Source of the DNA: a virus | Direction: 5' to 3' (one strand) | DNA length: 64,000 nt | Virus record (IMG/VR): IMGVR_UViG_3300025133_000023 | In this document: positions 10,689-18,645 of the stretch, piece by piece | How positions within the stretch are numbered: position 1 is the first letter of the stretch | Layout: each line of letters opens with the position of its first letter | Made by a program: the position numbers and the translations under genes | The notes under the pieces: generated by a model | Database searches by the model: none | What the model saw: the letters and a program-made list of their open reading frames with translations, nothing else | What the model was told of the DNA's origin: nothing

Positions 10689-11834
10689 ATGGCTAAAAGT
10701 AAGTTTAGATTTTGGACAAAGGAAGAAGACACCGTTGTTATTGATAACAGAGATACCCACACAGATGCAGAAATCGTGGTGCTCCTTGCATCGGAAGGCT
10801 ATATGCGGAGTAGAGATGCAGTGGGACGCCGCGCAAGACGCCTCGGGCTCAATTCGGCCAGTGTCCAAGCGGTGGCTACTGACTCTGGATTCGGGGTGGC
10901 GGCTGTTAAGCCTCCTACGAAGCTCGAACTCAAAAGAATCGAAGTAGCCAAGGACATTGATGTTCAGTGGAAGAAAATCCTTGAGATGAGTAAGACCTTT
11001 AAGGAGTACCCAGTTAATAGGACGAGGGGATTTGCCCAGCCACAGCGACGTATCGTCAGCTTGTCTGATATTCACTTCCCCTTCCAGCATGACGAATTCC
11101 TTGAGGAAGCTGTCGACATGGCCAAGGGCTGTGACGTACTGGTACTTAATGGTGACATCTTTGACTGCTATGGAATCTCTACCTTCAAGAAGGCTAAGAA
11201 AATCCCTCTGCTTAGAGAGTATGCAATCGTTCTTGAGTTCCTAAAGGGCCTAGTCAATCAGTTCCCTATTATTGTTCTCAATGCAGGCAATCACGAAGAA
11301 AGGTTCTCTGGAACCTTACAGACAGCATTGCAGATGACAACTGAACCACCAGTAGGTGATGACCTTATGACTCGCCTAGCTCGTGGAGATATTTACGATG
11401 AGGACGGAACTCTTGCAGGAAACTACAACTGGGACAACGTCATCTACAATCCTCTACAGTCATGGTGGACTAAGATTGGCAAGACAATCTTCTGTCACCC
11501 AAGGAACTTCTCTCGTCGTCCAGGAGCCACCGTTAAACAAGCAGCTGACTGGTTCCATCAGGTAGATCATGTGGGAGAGTGGGACTCAATCGTAATGGGT
11601 CATACTCACCAGGCAGCAAAGTTCATCTATGAGGGACGTCTCATGATGGAGCAAGCTTGTCTCACCGCAGTCCACGCCTATCAGTGGGCATCACACATTC
11701 GCTATGTTGGACAAGCCAACGGCTTCGCTGAAGTCTGGCAAGACAAGGACGGCAATACAAACTATGACAAGTCTAGGATTATTTATCTTGGACAGCAGAG
11801 TCCACCAGCGACAAAGGTAATATTAGATGACTAA
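10689..11834 (+). CDS. Calcineurin-like metallophosphoesterase with an N-terminal Myb/HTH-like domain
   Basis: SDIH, NGDIFD, GNHE, CH and GHTH motifs; N-terminal FWTKEED...RSRDAVGRRARRLGL. Confidence 0.8.
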   Translation: MAKSKFRFWTKEEDTVVIDNRDTHTDAEIVVLLASEGYMRSRDAVGRRARRLGLNSASVQAVATDSGFGVAAVKPPTKLELKRIEVAKDIDVQWKKILEMSKTFKEYPVNRTRGFAQPQRRIVSLSDIHFPFQHDEFLEEAVDMAKGCDVLVLNGDIFDCYGISTFKKAKKIPLLREYAIVLEFLKGLVNQFPIIVLNAGNHEERFSGTLQTALQMTTEPPVGDDLMTRLARGDIYDEDGTLAGNYNWDNVIYNPLQSWWTKIGKTIFCHPRNFSRRPGATVKQAADWFHQVDHVGEWDSIVMGHTHQAAKFIYEGRLMMEQACLTAVHAYQWASHIRYVGQANGFAEVWQDKDGNTNYDKSRIIYLGQQSPPATKVILDD

Positions 11835-12111
11835 AGACGGATTTAAAGACCTCCTAGGCATGGTAAATGCCACAGATGAAAAGATTGATGACCTGGCCTT
11901 CGCCGTGAGGGAGTCTATAACTGCCTTGGGCGGAGACGCTGTGAAGATGGCTGTTCAGATTGTCACCATCTATCGTCTGCTATTGGAACTAGACTTAACA
12001 ACGGAAGAGAAATTTAAGGAGATGTTCCTTAACACAGCAGCAACTATGCAAGAGCAAAACCTCGCCAACACAGCGCAGGAAACAGACGAGCTATCAGACA
12101 TTAGTGTCTAA
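11827..12111 (+). CDS. Hypothetical helical protein
   Basis: 94-aa ORF coupled to the upstream stop. Confidence 0.7.
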   Translation: MTKDGFKDLLGMVNATDEKIDDLAFAVRESITALGGDAVKMAVQIVTIYRLLLELDLTTEEKFKEMFLNTAATMQEQNLANTAQETDELSDISV

Positions 12112-12124
12112 GGAATAAGGAAAC

Positions 12125-13129
12125 ATGGGAGAAATATTTGACGTACTCGACCAATCGAAAATGAGCCGTGGTCCCATCAAGGGGGACTACACAACAAACC
12201 TTTACCCAAGTGAAGGCGCGGCTGAGGTGGGAGGCGTAGTCTATGGCAAGTGTATGCGTGCCTGCTTCTTCCGTTACATGGGAAGTACCGGACAGGAAGT
12301 AAAGCTTGAAGACGGTACAGTGGCTGTTCCACAGTCAACAAGACCTGGGCCCAAGGCACAGTGGATCTTTAAAGCAGGCAACATGTTTGAGGATGCAATC
12401 CTTGAAGCTGCCCGAGATGCACGTATTCTTTTACAGGGTCATCTCAAAATCTCTATCCCTATTGCTGGACTTAAGCTTAACGGTGAAGTCGACATGGTCT
12501 TTCAAGATAAGAACGGAGACCCAGTAGGGATTGAAGTTAAGTCTGTTCATGGATCTATGGCTGAGTCTCATATCATTGGGACTGCAGGAATGAGGCGGAA
12601 GGGGCTCAAGGGTGAGCCTAAGCCTGAGCACGTCATCCAGACTGCTATCTATGCTTGGCATTTACGTGAGCAAATCCCAAGGTTCAAGCTTCTCTACATT
12701 ATGAGAGGTAAATGTTTCAGGGAAGAGTTTGAGGTCATAGTTAAGAAGGACGCAGAGGGACGTCGTCAGATTTATATCGACGGCAAGCTCTGGAAGTACT
12801 TCAATCTTGACGATGTCTTTGACAGGTATAAGAAGCTTGCTTTCAACATCAATTCAGGTAAGTTGCCTGGTCGCGACTACACTCTTCTTTATGATGATGA
12901 TGCCATGAACCAGCTACTCAAGGATGGAAAGCTTACTCGTGGAGTCAAGGCCGACTGGACCAAGTACTGGGGCAGAGAGACGGACCATGCTAAGTGGACC
13001 GAGGCTGATAAAGAACTAAGAGGCAAAGAGCCTCGCAGACTGAAGCGCCCCCTAAAGGGAGACTGGCAATGTAGTTACTGCGACTTCCAAAGCCTATGCT
13101 GGAAGAAGGACGCTTCACCAAGGAAATAA
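12125..13129 (+). CDS. Cas4/AddB-like PD-(D/E)XK exonuclease with a 4-Cys Fe-S motif
   Basis: N-terminal KCMR Cys, GEVD...IEVKS, QTAIY and C-terminal CSYCDFQSLC (CxxCx5C). Confidence 0.8.
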   Translation: MGEIFDVLDQSKMSRGPIKGDYTTNLYPSEGAAEVGGVVYGKCMRACFFRYMGSTGQEVKLEDGTVAVPQSTRPGPKAQWIFKAGNMFEDAILEAARDARILLQGHLKISIPIAGLKLNGEVDMVFQDKNGDPVGIEVKSVHGSMAESHIIGTAGMRRKGLKGEPKPEHVIQTAIYAWHLREQIPRFKLLYIMRGKCFREEFEVIVKKDAEGRRQIYIDGKLWKYFNLDDVFDRYKKLAFNINSGKLPGRDYTLLYDDDAMNQLLKDGKLTRGVKADWTKYWGRETDHAKWTEADKELRGKEPRRLKRPLKGDWQCSYCDFQSLCWKKDASPRK

Positions 13130-13131
13130 AG

Positions 13132-13347
13132 ATGCTTCAAGCGAATGATCTACCTAGCCTCGCCCTTACCGTTAAGAGACCACAAACTCCAATCTGTCAT
13201 GGAGGAAAACTTGTGGAATTCATGACAGGCAGAACGAGCTACTACATTAACGATGATCTTGTTAGTGAAGACACCTTCCGTAAAGTCAGCTTCTATGTTC
13301 AGGTAGCTTATGACTCTTGTGGAGGCGATGATAATGCAGACACTTAG
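13132..13347 (+). CDS. Hypothetical protein
   Basis: ATG 2 nt after the previous stop; same frame as track ORF 13096..13347. Confidence 0.55.
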   Translation: MLQANDLPSLALTVKRPQTPICHGGKLVEFMTGRTSYYINDDLVSEDTFRKVSFYVQVAYDSCGGDDNADT

Positions 13348-13636
13348 ACGAACACAGCTTGTCTTTGATGATATCGAAGACCTAACAGCAATTATAATTG
13401 AAGTTATTGTTGAAGCTATGGATATCTTTGGTGAACTTGATGGTCGAGACCCAGACGTTGTTGACTTGATCGAAGACCTAACAGACCTAGAGGTGTGGGA
13501 GGTCGTTGAGATTTTCAAGGGACTGCTCGAAGCAAATGAAGACATGTTTTTGTTTGAATTTGAAGCTCTCACACGGTGGGAGGTTGTCGACCCAGACTTC
13601 CATGAACGGGTAGTTGATTGTCTTGATGACGAATAA
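13334..13636 (+). CDS. Acidic hypothetical protein
   Basis: GGAGG 8 nt upstream of ATG 13334; very D/E-rich. Confidence 0.65.
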   Translation: MQTLRRTQLVFDDIEDLTAIIIEVIVEAMDIFGELDGRDPDVVDLIEDLTDLEVWEVVEIFKGLLEANEDMFLFEFEALTRWEVVDPDFHERVVDCLDDE

Positions 13637-13907
13637 GCTCCACTATCATGAAGTTTTATTTTATCGCCTAAAGTGGCCAGTTAAACAAGAGCTGATGCGT
13701 TTGTTTGGTTGGAAAACAGTAGAAGAAGCTGCGCAGGAATTTGATTTCCTACCTCAAGACTACCTGCCATACATACTAACAACTCCTCCCATATGGGAGG
13801 GAGACATTCTCTACTATGAAGGTGACATCTTCATGAGTAGGTACAAAGGAAAGACACATGATCTCACGCAATCAGCTGACAGATTATCTTCGAACACACT
13901 GGATTAA
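13626..13907 (+). CDS. Hypothetical protein
   Basis: ORF overlapping both neighbours; likely ATG at 13626. Confidence 0.55.
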   Translation: MTNKLHYHEVLFYRLKWPVKQELMRLFGWKTVEEAAQEFDFLPQDYLPYILTTPPIWEGDILYYEGDIFMSRYKGKTHDLTQSADRLSSNTLD

Positions 13908-14325
13908 TGACGTTGACAGCGTAGCTACGGGCATTCAGGCCTGGCTAAGCACTATTAACGTTCCCGCTAAGACAGTGGTAACACATACAACAACCCCAAG
14001 CACTTCTCGTTCTGAAGCTGGTCGGAAGGCAGCTGCAACGCGTACAGCAGCTCGAACTTGGGTCTCCAGAGACGGTAAGAGCTACGTAGTATTCTCTCGT
14101 GATGACACCAATGGTGTGAGAGTTCCGCGTACTTTTGTTCGGGACCGTCTGGGTGCAAGCCCTGGTGACAATGTATTAATCGTTGGAACTAAGGGAATCA
14201 GTTCAACCTCCTTAACCGTTAGACGTGATGGTAGCCTGTACGTAGGCTCTAGCATTATTAACGGATTTAAGAACTTGAGCTTCCGGTTCCGGACAGACAA
14301 CGGTAAGCTTGTAATCAAGGCGTAA
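13858..14325 (+). CDS. AbrB/MraZ-like swapped-hairpin DNA-binding protein (putative)
   Basis: DDTNGVRVPRTFVRDRLGASPGDNVLIV matches the AbrB-type pattern; a weaker second copy is RRDGSLYVGSSII. Confidence 0.5.
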   Translation: MISRNQLTDYLRTHWINDVDSVATGIQAWLSTINVPAKTVVTHTTTPSTSRSEAGRKAAATRTAARTWVSRDGKSYVVFSRDDTNGVRVPRTFVRDRLGASPGDNVLIVGTKGISSTSLTVRRDGSLYVGSSIINGFKNLSFRFRTDNGKLVIKA

Positions 14326-14876
14326 TGACAAAGATTGGGATCTTCTTAGACCGGGATGGTGTGTTGAATATCAACACCCATTACCCACACCTTATTGAAG
14401 ATTGTTACCCGGCACCTACGGCCAAGAAGGCTATGGAACGAATCCTCGCGGACGATAGGTTTATTCCTATTGTGGTAACAAACCAAGGAGGAGTGGGTCA
14501 GGGGCACTACTCTAAAAGGGACTGCTTTAGCTTTCAGCTAGAGCTAATGAGGCAGCTTGACTGCACGATCCCTCGAAGACAGTGGTATCACAGCTGGGCC
14601 ACAGAAGATAATCACTTCCTAAGGAAGCCCAATCCAGGCATGTTGTTGAGGGCTGCCCAGGATCATGATATTGATCTTGGGCAGTCCGCTATGTTTGGGG
14701 ATAAAGAGTCGGACATGCTAGCTGGAATAAAAGCTGGCTGTTGTGCGGTATACTTAATAGGAGAGGGACGACCGTCTCTCTTTTCACAAGTAGACGCATT
14801 CATGGAGGCCACATGTCAGACTACGAACGACCTCACCTCAGACTCCCGGTACCCGAAAGGAAGATTACCGAGGTAG
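14325..14876 (+). CDS. gmhB: D,D-heptose 1,7-bisphosphate phosphatase-like HAD (GmhB / histidinol-phosphatase family)
   Basis: FLDRDGVLN, VTNQGG, RKPNPGML and GDKESDM. Confidence 0.85.
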   Translation: MTKIGIFLDRDGVLNINTHYPHLIEDCYPAPTAKKAMERILADDRFIPIVVTNQGGVGQGHYSKRDCFSFQLELMRQLDCTIPRRQWYHSWATEDNHFLRKPNPGMLLRAAQDHDIDLGQSAMFGDKESDMLAGIKAGCCAVYLIGEGRPSLFSQVDAFMEATCQTTNDLTSDSRYPKGRLPR

Positions 14877-15007
14877 CAGACAACAGGGAAACTATCCCTG
14901 ATAAGGCTGTTATCGAAAAGAATACATTTGTTGTTGACCTTACAGTCGACTTCGATGCTTACGGAGAGTACGACGCCAACAATGGGAAGAACGTATTCGA
15001 TATGTAG
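14813..15007 (+). CDS. Hypothetical protein
   Basis: GGAGG upstream of ATG 14813. Confidence 0.55.
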   Translation: MSDYERPHLRLPVPERKITEVADNRETIPDKAVIEKNTFVVDLTVDFDAYGEYDANNGKNVFDM

Positions 15008-15015
15008 GACACACC

Positions 15016-15297
15016 ATGGAAGAATCTAACGACCTTAACGTCACTGAAAAGCTAGCCGAGCTTGATGACGCAATGGAGAGCCTTGGCTTTCACCAAGCAA
15101 ACTCAGTAGAAGAAGCTCTTGAAGCTGCTCCTGAGCAAGCCCCAGTACCAGAGAAGTCTAACTTCACACCTATTCCTAAGAAGATGAACGGTGTTTACTT
15201 TCAGCTAAAGAGAGTAAGCCCAAACCGAACTGAGATCTTCATGCATGGGCCTGACGGTGATGCATTCCCTACAGGTGTTGGTTGGGATAAGAGATAG
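15016..15297 (+). CDS. Hypothetical protein
   Basis: 93-aa ORF with AGGA upstream. Confidence 0.65.
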   Translation: MEESNDLNVTEKLAELDDAMESLGFHQANSVEEALEAAPEQAPVPEKSNFTPIPKKMNGVYFQLKRVSPNRTEIFMHGPDGDAFPTGVGWDKR

Positions 15298-15584
15298 TGA
15301 GTATCCTTAATGAGGTTAATGGGTGGGGTGAACCTGCTCCTATTCGCAACGAACTACCTGGCTGTTGGCAAGCTGTCATTGAAGACATGAAAAGCCGAGA
15401 CAGGTTTGGTCGAGAAAAGTATGGAACACCACTTCAACCTAACAATGGAAGGAATGCCTTGCAGGATGCATACGAAGAAGTCCTTGACTTAGCTGTGTAT
15501 TTGAAGCAAAAGATTATGGAAGAGGAGATGAAAGATGCTGAAAGAAAAGGGACCAAAGCCGTGGGAAACCCAAGTACTGATTGA
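15297..15584 (+). CDS. MazG-like all-alpha NTP pyrophosphohydrolase family (putative)
   Basis: GREKYGTPL...LQDAYEEVLDLAVYL (ExxD helix motif); GTG overlaps the previous TAG. Confidence 0.6.
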   Translation: MSILNEVNGWGEPAPIRNELPGCWQAVIEDMKSRDRFGREKYGTPLQPNNGRNALQDAYEEVLDLAVYLKQKIMEEEMKDAERKGTKAVGNPSTD

Positions 15585-16080
15585 TTGTGATGGAGTTCTA
15601 GCAGAACTCATCATTCCAGCAGAGTTCTTTGCTGGAGATCGCAATCGGCCTGAACTCAAGCCACTAGACGAACCAAACTGGGCCTATGCAATGAATCCAG
15701 TAAAGGGGAGTCGTGAGCTTATCGACTCTATCGAAGAGATGGGGCTTGAAACAACCGTACTCACCTCACCCTGGGACACTAGCATGACCTGGGACTGGGA
15801 CCGTAAGAGATGGCTACTTCAGATATATGGGATTGATAAGTACCACGTTATTTTTGCTAAGCAGAAATGGCTAGTGGGTGGACTAACCCTCATAGAGGAC
15901 AAGGCAGAGAATGCTAACTGGTGGTCGGAACAACACAACCGTCCATCCATCCTAATCAACCAATATTGGAATGTAGAAGAAGAACTAGACCCTAGAGTTA
16001 TTCGAGTGGATAACCTAGAGGAGGCTACTGCAGCCGTAAGGAGCCTACATGCTTGGCATCATTGTCGCAGTAAGCGATAA
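15535..16080 (+). CDS. 5'(3')-deoxyribonucleotidase-like HAD phosphatase
   Basis: IDCDGVL (DxDG), LTSPW, LIEDK and NQYWN. Confidence 0.75.
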   Translation: MLKEKGPKPWETQVLIDCDGVLAELIIPAEFFAGDRNRPELKPLDEPNWAYAMNPVKGSRELIDSIEEMGLETTVLTSPWDTSMTWDWDRKRWLLQIYGIDKYHVIFAKQKWLVGGLTLIEDKAENANWWSEQHNRPSILINQYWNVEEELDPRVIRVDNLEEATAAVRSLHAWHHCRSKR

Positions 16081-16534
16081 CAACGTCATTGGGAAGAACA
16101 ATGAAATTCCTTGGGACTGTCCAGAAGACATGGCAAGATTTGTTACCATCACCAAGCGCCACCCTATTATCATGGGAAGACGAACGTTTAAGTCTATTGG
16201 TAAACCTCTCCCAGGACGCATTAACATCGTTGTGACTAGAAAGTACATCGATTTGATTAATGTCCACTCCGTAAACAGCTTGGAGAACGCCCTAAGGGTT
16301 GCTGAGTCCTTTTCTCCAATGATGCCTTTCGTCATTGGTGGGACTAGGCTTTATGCCGAAGCTCTACCTATCGCAACACACTTGTTCTTTACTAGAATCC
16401 ATCAAGAAGTAGAGGGAGATACTTTCTTCCCACCAATCGAATGGACTCACTGGGAACAAACAGAAGAAGAGAAGCATACCAGCTTTACCTTCTCCACTTG
16501 GGAGCATAAAGATCCATGGGACATCGAATACTAG
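16049..16534 (+). CDS. folA: Dihydrofolate reductase
   Basis: IVAVSDNNVIGKNNEIPW, IIMGRRTF, LPGRINIVVT, IGGTRLY and GDTFFP; SD AAGGAG. Confidence 0.95.
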   Translation: MLGIIVAVSDNNVIGKNNEIPWDCPEDMARFVTITKRHPIIMGRRTFKSIGKPLPGRINIVVTRKYIDLINVHSVNSLENALRVAESFSPMMPFVIGGTRLYAEALPIATHLFFTRIHQEVEGDTFFPPIEWTHWEQTEEEKHTSFTFSTWEHKDPWDIEY

Positions 16535-17286
16535 TTGTAGGTGATCATATCTATGATGACTACATTCAGGGCACAATTGATGAAGCTAATGAGGGTGGCC
16601 CAAGGTTCAGGGCAAACGAATATCTAGCGAGAACAGAACAGGGAGGCGCGGCGTTCGTTAGAGACGCTGTGGCCTCCTTTTCTCATGTTAATCACTCCAA
16701 CGTTGACTACATTAGAACGTCTATCAGTCGCATTAAGCGCTTTCAGAATCAAGAGACAAAGGAAACTCTCCTTACTGTTGATGACTTTGAAGATCACTAC
16801 TTCGAGACTGATAAGTGTAGAGGTTATACACATGACGCAGCTATTGTATGGGATGACAGCAGGTGTGAAGATTCATACCCGTGGGGAGACGCCCTAACTA
16901 CTCTTCACCCTGAGGCCTTAACCGTAGTTGATAGCGTCCGCGCCAAGAGCTGGGACACACCCTTCACCTGCTACATTAAGATGACACTAAGTGACTGGGA
17001 TGGATACAGGCCCAAGCATGCAACATTAATTCTAACTAGCTCTAGAGCTGTCTCTCTTTATGAGCCTCGCAAACCTCTTCGAGTCTATAATGTAAATGAA
17101 ATCGACCCCATTGATCCTATTGGAGCAGGCGATGTGTTCCTTAGTGTGTTTGTAACCATACTTCTCGAAGGATGGGGCGAGGATAAGGCAATTCGAGAAG
17201 CCATACATTATGCCAGTAAGTCAGTGACTTACCATGGCTGCCGTATCCCGAGGCGAGACCGTGCCAGAACATTTAGTACTGTTTGA
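16516..17286 (+). CDS. PfkB-family sugar kinase resembling the HldE/RfaE kinase domain
   Basis: ILVVGDHIYDDY, GGAAFV and DPIGAGDVF (PfkB anion hole); the central part is divergent. Confidence 0.72.
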   Translation: MGHRILVVGDHIYDDYIQGTIDEANEGGPRFRANEYLARTEQGGAAFVRDAVASFSHVNHSNVDYIRTSISRIKRFQNQETKETLLTVDDFEDHYFETDKCRGYTHDAAIVWDDSRCEDSYPWGDALTTLHPEALTVVDSVRAKSWDTPFTCYIKMTLSDWDGYRPKHATLILTSSRAVSLYEPRKPLRVYNVNEIDPIDPIGAGDVFLSVFVTILLEGWGEDKAIREAIHYASKSVTYHGCRIPRRDRARTFSTV

Positions 17287-18088
17287 TTTTGACGGAACTC
17301 TTACCCTGCCTAGAGAAGCAATAGATTCAGCTGCGCTCAAAGCTCTTTATAAGCTTTGGGAAGCTTGTTCTACTGGAATCGTTACTGGTTCCACTATTGA
17401 ACATGTTGAAGAACAACTAGGTAGCTACCTTAAAGACCCCAAATATACAGAAATGTGGGAAGACATGCTCTTCCTGCCATGTAATGGAACCCAGCAATGG
17501 GGTTGGGAAGCTGATGTTCAAGAGTTCAGGCTCATTAGAGGTGCCAACATGATTGATAAGCTAGGTGAGTATAACTATAGACGTCTCATTAGCTATGTCC
17601 TAGAGCTTCAGTGTACTCTCATCCGAAGGAATGAATCCGTACCCCTTACTGGAGAGTTCATCCAGTATAGAGACTCAATGGTGAACTGGTGTCCCATTGG
17701 TAGAGCAGCTGGTACTGCCTACCGTAAGCAGTTCAAAGAGCTTGACGCTAAGCATAACATCAGGACTCAATACCTCCGAGACCTTAATGCTTGGCTTGCC
17801 AAAAGAGAAATCGAAGTAACCTGTGCTCGTGGGGGAAATACTTCATTTGACATTTATCCTACTGGCTGGAATAAGTCTTATGTTCTAGATCACTTAGACG
17901 GTGGGGACTATGATATCTGGTTCGTAGGGGACAGATGTACCGGTGACGGCAACGATAAGGCCCTGTATGATGTCCTTCCAGAGGGTCGTCGTTGGGAAAC
18001 AACAGGCCCTAAGAACACAGTAAATATCATCTTGAAAGAGATACTCCCAAGAGTAGAAAATAATGAAACAACATCCTTCGATTACTAG
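17261..18088 (+). CDS. Phosphomannomutase, eukaryotic PMM/Sec53-type HAD IIB
   Basis: LFDFDGTLT, FIQYRDSMVNWCPIGR, GGNTSFDIYPTGWNK and FVGDRCTGDGND. Likely GTG start at 17261 (track ORF from 17234). Confidence 0.85.
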   Translation: MPEHLVLFDFDGTLTLPREAIDSAALKALYKLWEACSTGIVTGSTIEHVEEQLGSYLKDPKYTEMWEDMLFLPCNGTQQWGWEADVQEFRLIRGANMIDKLGEYNYRRLISYVLELQCTLIRRNESVPLTGEFIQYRDSMVNWCPIGRAAGTAYRKQFKELDAKHNIRTQYLRDLNAWLAKREIEVTCARGGNTSFDIYPTGWNKSYVLDHLDGGDYDIWFVGDRCTGDGNDKALYDVLPEGRRWETTGPKNTVNIILKEILPRVENNETTSFDY

Positions 18089-18467
18089 AGACGATAAGCA
18101 AACAAGAGTAAAGAAAACATGGGGAGAAGAAGTTTGGCTTGCCAACTCTCCCCTCTATTGTGGAAAGAGGCTATTCATCCGTAAGGGATATGGATCAAGC
18201 ATGCACTTCCACGTACTCAAGACTGAAACTATAAGTGTAGAGAGCGGTTCTTTGGAACTGAAAATACTGGAAGAAGGGGAGGAGGCCCGGTACATCTTAT
18301 ATTCTGGTGATTCAATCTTGATAACACCAGGGCTTATGCATCAGCTTATAGCTAAGACCGAGGATGTCGTTCTATATGAGTTTTCTACTCAGCACTTCGA
18401 TACGGATTCATACAGAGTCAGGCTTCATGCCCCTCTTGCTTCCCGTAACGTTAGCGCCGACTTATAA
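18063..18467 (+). CDS. Cupin sugar isomerase (mannose-6-phosphate isomerase type II C-terminal / lyxose isomerase-like)
   Basis: KKTWGEE, SSMHFH..KTET and ITPGLMHQL cupin metal motifs. Confidence 0.75.
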   Translation: MKQHPSITRDDKQTRVKKTWGEEVWLANSPLYCGKRLFIRKGYGSSMHFHVLKTETISVESGSLELKILEEGEEARYILYSGDSILITPGLMHQLIAKTEDVVLYEFSTQHFDTDSYRVRLHAPLASRNVSADL

Positions 18468-18645
18468 GGTTACACTTCCACTAACCCCACCAATACCAAA
18501 ATCAGATTACTGTCTCGTTTACGTGGCCTGGCCCCAAGGGGAAAGGACAGCGGTGGGAGAGTATTACTATCTTCGGGTCGAAAGCGATATGCTCGTACCC
18601 AATGGACGATTACTAAGGGAGCCGTATGCGTATAGAAAACATTGA
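18427..18645 (+). CDS. Small hypothetical protein
   Basis: ATG 18427 in the frame of track ORF 18364..18645; fills the gap before the primase gene. Confidence 0.4.
   Translation: MPLLLPVTLAPTYKVTLPLTPPIPKSDYCLVYVAWPQGERTAVGEYYYLRVESDMLVPNGRLLREPYAYRKH

Noticed and set aside
10665-11090. Antisense or shadow ORFs in the track (e.g. 221..553, 10665..11090, 13150..13572, 18470..18850, 42626..43117, 53723..54157)
   Set aside because: They lie opposite or inside well-supported genes, have no motifs and show the biased composition typical of shadow frames.
15297-15584. dZ (2-aminoadenine) genome system suggested by the MazG-like gene
   Set aside because: No PurZ or DatZ homologue is in the window, and the polymerase is DnaE rather than DpoZ.
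18468-18625. Possible structured ncRNA upstream of the primase gene (cccacc/ggtggg, ctgtc/gacag, cccc/gggg pairings)
   Set aside because: The stems are short and match no family I recognise, and the region is covered by a plausible 72-aa ORF (18427..18645). An Infernal/Rfam search would settle it.
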